Of a DNA stretch of 64,000 nucleotides, positions 27,057 through 34,700 are shown piece by piece. The position numbers were made by a program, and so were the translations under genes. How positions within the stretch are numbered: the first letter of the stretch is position 1; the number at the start of each line of letters is the position of its first letter. The stretch is from NCBI GenBank assembly GCA_964188305.1, contig OZ076897.1; one strand, given 5' to 3'. The notes beneath the pieces are model-generated. The model had not been told where the DNA came from, ran no database searches, and saw only the letters and a list, made by a program, of their open reading frames with translations. This stretch comes from Podarcis bocagei (Eukaryota).

Positions 27057-30000
27057 ATATTTTATTATTATCTGCTGCTGCTGCCCCTGTGGATCCTGCC
27101 ACATGAGGCAGGATGCCTCACTTCATGGATGGGCTGACCCCGAATGCAAACTTTTTTCTTTATCTTGGTTGATGTATACGGGTTCTACAGAAAGGAGTGT
27201 TTGCACCCAGCTTTCCAAACGGCTGTGTTTCAGTTCCTGATTAAACGTCAGCAGCAGCAGGTCTGTACATCAGTGGAAGACCACATGCTTTGGACTGAAC
27301 CCCCCACCCCACCCCACCCCAGGTTCAGCCTCCAACATCTCCAGGGCTGGGAAAGGCAGATGATGCAAGGCGACACAGAGATCAAAATACTAATAGCTGG
27401 ATTTGGCATAAAGCGGCTTCCTACTCCTGCATTTTCTGAAATGCCACTTTGTAGTGGCATTTATCTACGCTTTGTCAAGAGGCTGAGGTGAAGTAGTAAT
27501 CATTTCACAGGCCCCAGTATAGGCAATGTCCCAAAACTTTCCACCCGAGGGGAACTCCTGACCTGCTCATGCTCATCTCTTTCAAGGATATCGCAGGAAA
27601 AGGGCAGTAAGCCGCAGCTTAGAGGATGCATTAGCCACTGAATATACCGAATGGCATGTACGCATGTCATGTGAAAATTATGCAGCCGTAGAAACATACC
27701 TAGCAGTCCCACTGCTGCGGGAAGTGAAGAGAGCGTGTTTAGTAGATGCATAGTATACTTACCCCTTTCGATTTGACAAGAGTGACAGCTTGTTCATTGT
27801 TGCAGCCAAAGGTCCTGCTGCACACATGAAAAAATAGGGAATAAGGTTCCATCACACAGAATCAACGTGTTCAGTAAAAGCAGTCAACAGATCCCATAAG
27901 TTTAAGAGCAAAAGACCAAAGATTCTTGCTTAATTGCGCTATATTGCTCATCGTACCTTTTGTAAAAGGAAGGCATCTAGGGCCCAGACACATTCGTTGC
28001 ACAAGATGACAAGACAGAAGCTAGACATTGTTTCCATCAAACATAACAGAAAATCAGGCAATCTTAGAGTTGATTACCGTGCAAGGTTCTTTGTATTTTC
28101 TCAAGGCAAATAGATATGGGAGACTCTGATGCCTTACTTGAAGTCCAAGAATGTTTGTCCTCATCAAGAGAGAGAGAGAGATACATATACATATATTTGT
28201 ATCATATAATCTTTACATGCAAGTCAGAAAATTGGCTGGTATGTTCAAAGCAATATAGGGAATTCAGCACTCTCAGTCAGGCCTCTTATATCTTGACCTT
28301 CATTGCCCTCTTTGGGGTGCCAGATCAAAATGCTGCAGCGGCAATGGAAGCTACAACTGGCAGAAGACACCCCCCCACCAGGCTTTATAACAGACCAAGT
28401 AACCCCACATCCCAGTATCAGCTGGGGGTGGATTGGAAAAAATATAAAATCAAACGGGGGAAATTTGCCTATTCAATTTTTCAATCCATAAGGGATTGAT
28501 TAGCTTTGTAATTACAAAGCATTACAACACTGCCATTTTTATTTTCCATTCTCACCATGGAATTTGCATCACTCTCCCAAGACCACACACAAACTATCCA
28601 TTTAATTGAATTTAGTTTCTTCCTCGATAATCACAATCAATCAGTATTTTGGGGAAGTTAAGAATCCCCTCCATTATTCCCACCTAGAGCCATCTTGCCA
28701 AATTTCCCCCTTCAGAGTTATCCATCCAAGATCAAGAGTGGAGATGACAGGGCAGTAAAATAACCACCTCACATGTTAAACTTTGGCCCGTCAGGCAGAA
28801 AATAAGATGGAAAACATATACACACGTTGACTCACTTTCCCTTCTACTTTCAATTATTCTCCTCAAGAAAGCATTTTTTTTATAAAAAAAAGTTTCTCCC
28901 ACATTACTCCTCCCCAACAGAACTGATTTCATTACAATTCTTACCATGGAGAGACGAACCAGCTCCATAGTTTCACTCCATGGCTTCTGTGAGAATTTTA
29001 GACGTAGCTTTTCCATTATGTCATTTGTAGACCCAGATTTCGCAGGATCTGGAAGAAGTTAAGAGTTTAATTAGCTGAGAGTGCAGGAAACCTTTTTTCA
29101 GTTCAAGGGCCACAGTTCCTTGCTTGAAGCCTCCTGGGGGCCATGGGCCAGAAGCAAAAGAGGGTGGAGGAAGAAATGGGAGTAGCTGGTGTCTTCACCT
29201 TCCCTAGATCCCTCTTTATCTTCCAGGGAAGCCGGAAGCTTTCTCAGAGTTGAAGGAAGCTTTCCACCCAGCAAAACCCTCCAATGGGCTGACAAAAGGT
29301 GTAGTTTGGGAGGCTGTATGGCTTAGGGAAATTTGAGGGCCAGATGAGAGGCTCGAGGTCCACATTTGGTCCCTGGGCTCAAGGTTCCCCACCCCTGATA
29401 TAGCAAAACAGCCAACTATTATATGACTTAAACGAACAGCCCATACTGCAACAATAGTCACTTTAAATTAGGACTATTTAGTCCCAGATGGGTGAGGTAT
29501 TTCAGATTAACCGACTCATGAACTTGGCTACAATATAGGTACTAATATTAATGGACCTGTGTTTGGCTTAATTCCCACTCTTCCACCTGTTGAATCTCAT
29601 AATCTGAAACCTACAGCTATTTTAAAAGTTCAGTTTTATATCTTNNNNNNNNNNNNNNNNNNNNNNNNNNNNNNNNNNNNNNNNNNNNNNNNNNNNNNNN
29701 NNNNNNNNNNNNNNNNNNNNNNNNNNNNNNNNNNNNNNNNNNNNNNNNNNNNNNNNNNNNNNNNNNNNNNNNNNNNNNNNNNNNNNNNNNNNNNNNNNNN
29801 NNNNNNNNNNNNNNNNNNNNGTACAGGAATGTAGGTTTTGGTGTCTTCGGGTGTCTTCCCGTGTAAGAGTTGGGGTGTCTAGGCGACGTTTCGACGAGGT
29901 CTCACTCGTCATCTTCAGGCTGGTGCTTTCGGCTTCTTGTTACTAGAACAGAGCAGGATCTCAGTGTTTGAGTTCCTATAAATACTGTTGAGGGGGTGTG

Positions 30001-31759
30001 GTGTATAGCCTCCAACGTTCTGGGCAGAGAGGAAGTTCCCAGGTTAGTGTGCCTTTTCTTCTTTTGTTCATTAATTACTTGAGGGATATCTTGAGTGATT
30101 ACTTGAGTGATATTCTGAGTACCACTTAGGAGGGTCATTAGGTGTGAATTAGTTGCTAAAGCTTTCGTGTCTTGACCTCTTGACCTTGTAAAGAGTTTTT
30201 CTGAGAAGATGGCTGTACTGCAATTAGTTGTGCTCTGGCTTGGCTTCGTGTATAGGGGCGAGCTGTGGTTTTGTGCCCTGTGCCAGCCAGATCTGTGTAG
30301 GGATTGCAGGGGGGTGCAGCAACCAACTTCCCTTCCTTGACGTCCTAATCTACAAAAAACCTGATGGCTCCCTAGGACACACTATCTACCGGAAAAAAAC
30401 ACACACCAACCGCTACTTACATGCACAATCACACCACCACCCTGCACAAATAAACTCCGTAGCCAAGACTCTCATCTCCAGAACCAAACGCCTGGCTGAC
30501 AAAGACCACTTGACAACTGAGTTACAGAATCTCTCAAATGTGTTAATCGCCAACGGATACCAGCAAAACAGGGTTACGAAGCTAATCCAAAAAGAAACAC
30601 CCCCCAAAAACCAAGACACAGAAGAAAACAATGGCATGGCCCTCCTTCCTTATATCAAGGGCACTACAGATAAAATTAGCAAAATCCTCCATAAACACAA
30701 TATCAAAACAGCCTTTTGCACCAACCAAAAAATAGCCAATATCCTCAGAAACCCAAAAGATAAAATCCAGTTAGAAAACCAAGGGGTCTATGAAATACCC
30801 TGCAAAGTCTGCCCAGCCACGTACATTGGACAAACAAACAGACGAATAAATGCACGTATCGCAGAACACAAGAATGCCGTCAAAAAAGAAGAAAAAACTT
30901 CCTCTCTTTACCAACACATGAAAGAAACAGGACACGAAATTAATTTTGCAGATTCCAAATTGCTCTTTAACATGGAACATCACCACAAGAGAATAATCAT
31001 GGAAGCCATCGAGATAGAGAAACACCCTCACAACATGAACAAGCGTGACGACACGTCCCGCCTGCCAGACATCTGGAAATTAGCCCTCCCCACAAAAACC
31101 GACACCAGAACCAGAGGCACACAGAACGCCATCTCCAATCAACCACACCAGACCCAAACCCAGACCCTCTCCACAGATAAATTACAGACACCATTTCAAC
31201 TAATTCACACCTAATGACCCTCCTAAGTGGTACTCAGAATATCACTCAAGTAATCACTCAAGATATCCCTCAAGTAATTAATGGTTCACTTGAGGTGCCA
31301 AAATGTCTTGGGCCAGCCCTGCTAGGCTTCCATTGCACACTGTAACTTTTAAATAAGCAATGCATTTTTTCTTCTTCCTTCTTTCCTCTGTAGACTTAAT
31401 TATTATGTGAGCCCCAGTGGGGCAGTTTGCTATATAACATCCAAATCCTTCTGCAATAGGAGTAATGGGATGGAGTCCTCAACCTCACCCAAGGGCAGCA
31501 GGGTCATTATGGAGGTAAAGGACAGGTCTTGGGGCAGACATAAATCTATCTTACCAGAGCCAGGGACCTCAGGGGCAAACAACCAGCAGCTTCTACAGCC
31601 GGAGACGGTAGCCTTGTTCAACCTATAACATCCTCTCTGTGGTGACAATACAGCATAGTGGTGTAATCCAGCCACACCTTCCACATTAGCACCTGCCTGG
31701 AAACCCAGACCCTAAGTGGCTGCAAATACAACAGCCCAATTAGCAACTTACTTACCCAT
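12145..31759 (-). CDS. Mediator subunit 1-like paralog (Med1 domain only), about 527 aa, 17 coding exons
   Basis: complement(join(12145..12283,13959..14067,15703..15798,17487..17682,19456..19568,20023..20153,20884..20992,21895..21960,24220..24290,24427..24501,24584..24655,25019..25047,26634..26766,27763..27817,28078..28159,28945..29048,31756..31759)) = 1584 nt with no internal stops. Collinear with MED1 residues ~1-530: KPWSETMELVR~RPWSETIKLVR, CYITSKSFYIEI~CYITSDMFYVEV, VGYLNPRSGG~VGYLTPRSGG, QAAYNTLISSCV~QVAYNTLIGSCV, FSVTFQHP~FSVSFQHP, RCMSIPVLMRAI~RCMSIPVTMRAI. Confidence 0.92.
12496..12810 (-). mobile_element. Sauria SINE
   Basis: aaaggtac..cccctgac...gccgtttaccttcc..gtacctatttatctacttgcac.. 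hallmark sequence. Confidence 0.85.
13959..14067 (-). CDS. MED1-like exon 16
   Basis: VMVDVLSSRDVICTLHTHSEDGALICSNDYLTRVLKR ~ DALICTDDFIAKVVQR. Confidence 0.93.
14727..14767. repeat. (CG)n(CA)n microsatellite
   Basis: Read directly. Confidence 0.9.
14920..15176. repeat. (AAT)n + L2-type 3' tail + (TTA)n
   Basis: gccacccagagtggccggggaaacccagccagatgggcg.ggtataaat tail; related copies near 6490-6550, 12985-13040 and 26965-27060. Confidence 0.7.
15703..15798 (-). CDS. MED1-like exon 15
   Basis: DSSDLLHFDVFQQKATSFSVTFQHPLEENLAC. Confidence 0.93.
16050..16282. mobile_element. Tc1/mariner MITE (subfamily of 2781-3027)
   Basis: TA|CAGTGG...GAGGTATGACTG|TA. Confidence 0.75.
16454..16610 (+). mobile_element. 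tRNA-derived SINE
   Basis: A box gtagctcagtggcagagc and a degenerate B box; similar heads near 37000-37085(-) and 55938-56070. Confidence 0.6.
17487..17682 (-). CDS. MED1-like exon 14
   Basis: SLPGCPKHSYFLDK...FTHPKCVPDMIEVLRLQAAYNTLISSCVSETTECE. Confidence 0.94.
17802..17971. mobile_element. pogo/Tigger-like MITE
   Basis: Imperfect TIR cc.tatttact.ga.tctaatg / cattagatttgagtaaata; TA flanks. Confidence 0.55.
19456..19568 (-). CDS. MED1-like exon 13
   Basis: GLPVARLKPGPLHELIVQFALSENHPHGLITSTSSFIV ~ APLYELITQFELS. Confidence 0.9.
20023..20153 (-). CDS. MED1-like exon 12
   Basis: SPRFLPLKEVISAPLSACFFLMFYQNCPFPLSSSSIHKLQELT ~ LPACFFLKFPQPIPVSRAFVQKLQNCT; donor is GC (AG|gcatgc). Confidence 0.85.
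20884..20992 (-). CDS. MED1-like exon 11
   Basis: GLKIDGRKVLVIIGGADAVHRLPLAPSLVNSPTGEDG ~ VTIEGTSAVYKLPIAPLI. Confidence 0.88.
21895..21960 (-). CDS. MED1-like exon 10
   Basis: GSPMNLEFYLSQYQILEEQLTP ~ HLMNLKYYVSPSDLLD. Confidence 0.88.
22222..22360 (-). mobile_element. tRNA-head SINE with CR1-type tail (also 38305-38420, 62690-62793)
   Basis: Reverse complement reads gatagct.agttggt.agagc..., then cagggggttggactagatg CR1-like 3' end. Confidence 0.6.
22453..22683. mobile_element. Tc1/mariner MITE
   Basis: CAGTGGTACCTC TIRs, TA flanks. Confidence 0.85.
22930..23240 (+). mobile_element. Sauria SINE
   Basis: aaggtcggcggttcgaatccc... ending ggggtacctttacctt. Confidence 0.88.
23252..23293. repeat. 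(CA)n microsatellite
   Basis: Read directly. Confidence 0.95.
23403..23650 (-). mobile_element. CORE/MIR-like SINE with L2-type tail
   Basis: gtgactggcccaaggtcacccagc core; tRNA head reads gtggtgtagtggttaagagc in reverse complement. Confidence 0.75.
23855..24059. mobile_element. Tc1/mariner MITE (partial)
   Basis: Ends gaggtaccactg|ta. Confidence 0.75.
24220..24290 (-). CDS. MED1-like exon 9
   Basis: TPGMDRVTEILCGKVGYLNPRSGG. Confidence 0.92.
24427..24501 (-). CDS. MED1-like exon 8
   Basis: SETKSKVFAAFLALEKDLCSLSALSR ~ KLKTKMYLALQSLEQDL. Confidence 0.9.
24584..24655 (-). CDS. MED1-like exon 7
   Basis: MENFDAFGNMVADMLNIYQIPGS ~ EKNFDEFSKHLKGLVNLYNLPGD. Confidence 0.9.
25019..25047 (-). 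CDS. MED1-like exon 6 (29 nt)
   Basis: TCEDLLQLLR ~ SCPELVQQLR; ttctag| and |gtacat. Confidence 0.85.
25773..26500 (-). mobile_element. BovB (RTE) LINE 3' fragment in MED1-like intron 5
   Basis: VKEESAKYGLKLNIKKTKIMATGPITSWQIEGE..., MRREDSLEKTLMLGKMEGTRRRGRQRTRWLD; (CAA)n tail. Confidence 0.95.
26634..26766 (-). CDS. MED1-like exon 5
   Basis: LNYYVSPSGAVCYITSKSFYIEIHLETDGKVVDVRLAHPGKKPL. Confidence 0.93.
27763..27817 (-). CDS. MED1-like exon 4
   Basis: AGPLAATMNKLSLLSNRKG; NAGNAG acceptor, donor gtaagt. Confidence 0.82.
28078..28159 (-). CDS. MED1-like exon 3
   Basis: DKHSWTSSKASESPISICLEKIQRTLH; acceptor is GAG, donor gtaatc. Confidence 0.8.
28945..29048 (-). CDS. MED1-like exon 2
   Basis: DPAKSGSTNDIMEKLRLKFSQKPWSETMELVRLSM; ttccag| and |gtaaga. 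Confidence 0.9.
29821..31283 (+). mobile_element. Penelope-like element: inverted 3' segment (29821-30320) followed by 5'-truncated RT-thumb/GIY-YIG ORF (30321-31214)
   Basis: QLPFLDVLI..IYRKKTHTNRYLHAQSHH; GVYEIPCKVCPATYIGQT..RIAEH; MEAIEI..MNKRD. Confidence 0.93.
29877..29926 (-). ncRNA. Minimal hammerhead-ribozyme-like motif in the Penelope pLTR
   Basis: Reverse complement reads CUGAAGA-u-GACGAG(ugagac)CUCGUC-GAAAC-GUC. Confidence 0.6.
31282..31452 (+). repeat. 171-bp perfect inverted duplicate of 26708-26878 (MED1-like intron 4/exon 5 junction)
   Basis: Base-for-base reverse complement. Confidence 0.95.
31756..31759 (-). CDS. MED1-like putative start exon (ATG G)
   Basis: gagaaATGG|gtaagt strong donor; phase 1 matches the next exon, giving M-D-P-A-K. 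Confidence 0.55.
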
Positions 31760-34700
31760 TTCTCTTTCTGCAGCTGTTTAAATGGCTGAAGCCAGTAGAC
31801 AGGAAGAAACCTCCTAACAGCTTCTCCTGTTTTCTCACTTCCTCCCTCTGTCTACCTAAGAATGGTAGTAGCAGTACCTGGTTGAGATACCCTGGATTTA
31901 AGTAAACCAAAACCTCAAAGGCCACATGTGCAGTGGGAGAGAATCTTAATTGACAGGGTTGCCAACTTCCTCTATTTTTACACCGCATGTGCTCTTATGC
32001 CTTTAACATCAGCCTAGCCCACAGAGATTTAGCAGGCTGATGGGGAAGTAAGAGTTCATCTATATATTTCCTTTCTCTCTTATGTGACCAGGTGCAAACT
32101 GGTGCAACGGCTCTTGTGGATATGAGATTTATGCATATTTCTGCAAATGGTTTGGGCTACTGTACCCTTAAATACTGCCTAGAAGAGATAATTTTAATAG
32201 GTGCACGGAATAACAGGGGATGTGCAGACACATACAGTCACAGCACCCACCCCAAAAATACTGAGAGCTCTAGTTTACTCCTTACGCAGCTACAATTCCT
32301 ATCACCCTTAATGAACTTCTGCCCAACAATTTAAGATAAAGAAGACTTGTCCTCCTTTGTGCTTTATTGCTCCACCATAACAACATGGTGATTGTGTGAT
32401 GGGGGTGTGACATAACCCACAAAGAGCAGAAAAAGAGACAGGAGCACAACATTGTTGTAATACGTGTGCATGAAAGTATAAAATTGAGCCCTGAACACAA
32501 GCTGCAAGTGGGTGTGACTTTGCAGCCTCTAGTCTACACCCTCTGTCTTCTCAGTTTTTCTCTCTTCCGGCTTCCTGGAACAGCAAGGAGCCCTGTGGCC
32601 AATGGCTTCCAACTGCAAGAAACACAAAGTGAACTGAATCTCTCCAAACAGAAGATTTTATAGCATGCATCTTTGCTAACCCAACTTAAATAGCTGTCTA
32701 TTCAAATAAAGCTCTGAGGTGGATTCTGGTTAAGAAATTGTGTGGGAATATGCACACAAATATGCACACACACATACAGTCTTACACACAACACCCAGAT
32801 GGCATTATATTACACTGTCTGTTTTTTATATTCCAATGTTATGTCAATGGCAATATTAATACAATATCAACTTTTCATTTAGCTTGGCAGCCTAATCAGT
32901 CTTTAGTCACCATGGTTTCATGGAGTAAGATCACTAGCCTACACTGTGACATTTTCAAGATGTTTGGAAAGGACTGTAAGTAGAGTAGTATCAGCACAAG
33001 AGAGGACAGATCAGTTACTATTTGGTGTTGTCGTTCCATGTGCCTAGTATGTATTGCAGTTCAGTGTTGACTGTACAAGGGAATCAGGCTGAACTGCATG
33101 GAAAGAGGACAAGAGAATGAAGTGATAATAGGAAAGATTGAATACCAATGTCAATTAAATTGAATCCTCCACAAAAAATGAGGATGTTCAGAGGATGTTC
33201 TTCACAACCAGCTCAGTATGTAGAGGGAATGTTTTCATTTCATTGCAATCGTAAATTTCAAAGGCACAGAGAGATAAAATATTGGCATTTCAATCAGCAC
33301 AGCTTCACACACCCACTGAGCTCAGCCAACTCTGCATTGAAAGCTTTAAGAAAGAAAGCCTATAAGATATCCATGAGATTACTTACAAGATTTTAAGGGA
33401 TGGAATTTTATGAAATCCTTATAACTAAGCCTGGTGCCTTTGAAATATCCTTTGAGCTCCCCTGAGCACATATAAGAGGAATGGAAGCAGCAGAATAAAT
33501 ACATATGCTTAATAAATAAAGTCAGAATCACAAAGCAAACATGTGTTCATGGGGAAACATGAGGAAACCGAGGCTCTCTGAAGCAAATATAACATTGACT
33601 TGCTCTGACTGGTGACGGAATACTTAGAAATTTAACAAATCTAAACTCTTTCTTAGCATGTTCGTCAAAGGGAAAGAGGTTTCTGGATTTGTTGTTGTTG
33701 TTGCTATTTTAGCATGTCTCCATATGTGCCGTCTTAAGCAATAAAGGACAAGTCCTTGGCTCAAAGAACTTGCAACCTGAACTTTGACGAATGAAGGGTA
33801 AAAAGAGATGAGCGTGAACAAACAGAATTACAGCACGGTCCTGTGCATGTCTACATGTAAGTAAATCCCATTGAACACAATAGAACTTACTCTCAGGTAA
33901 GTGTGGATTCTTAAACTAGGCTTCACCTAACAGGGGATTGCTGCCATGGATCTCCCCCCCCCCCGGCCCTGATCTCGTTTGCTCCAGCTGCACCAGCTAA
34001 TTATTATTATTAAATCTTTCCTACTAGGACTATCCATGTGACAAACATCATATCTAATTTGGCCCAAAGGTTGATTATTTTAAAAAAACCTTTTAGCTGA
34101 TTTATCAATTAACAAAACATTAGTTTATGCTTGGCTGTGAAACTTTTGCAAAAGGAGAAATTAAATGATTGCAAATGCATCCTGAAGTNNNNNNNNNNNN
34201 NNNNNNNNNNNNNNNNNNNNNNNNNNNNNNNNNNNNNNNNNNNNNNNNNNNNNNNNNNNNNNNNNNNNNNNNNNNNNNNNNNNNNNNNNNNNNNNNNNNN
34301 NNNNNNNNNNNNNNNNNNNNNNGCATCAGCAAGAAGTACATGGGAGAAGCTATGTCTTTAATTTGCCATATTGCCCGGGCACCCTAGCCCTATAGTGCAA
34401 TGAAACAAAACAAACACAAATCGGAACATTTGTGGTATGAAAAGTGATGGGACTTCAGCAGGAAGCTATGGGCTATGCACAGATCATTAATGATGCCATG
34501 TGACTCCCCCAAAATGTTATGAGGGTGCAAATGAATGTGTGCGTGTGTATGACACCCCCAATAGTGTCAAGAACAAAAATAACCCTGAATGCATATTCAG
34601 GAGGTGCCTTCAGTTAATCAATTAGATTAATTGCCTGAACCTTCTTGAATGAATGTGCTCCTTGTTAGCTGAGCAGCAGATTTTTATTTATTTTTTAAAA

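Noticed and set aside
29559-29912. ORFs spanning N-runs (also near 34.2 and 57.2 kb)
   Set aside because: Artefacts of assembly gaps.
31407-31628. Second MSPSGAVCYITSKSF ORF as an extra gene or exon
   Set aside because: It is the 171-bp inverted duplicate, antisense to the gene, and loses homology after 59 coding nt.
12145-31759. Calling the minus-strand gene MED1 itself
   Set aside because: Too divergent for a vertebrate ortholog, lacks the large final-exon region, and has the wrong neighbours; symbol left blank.
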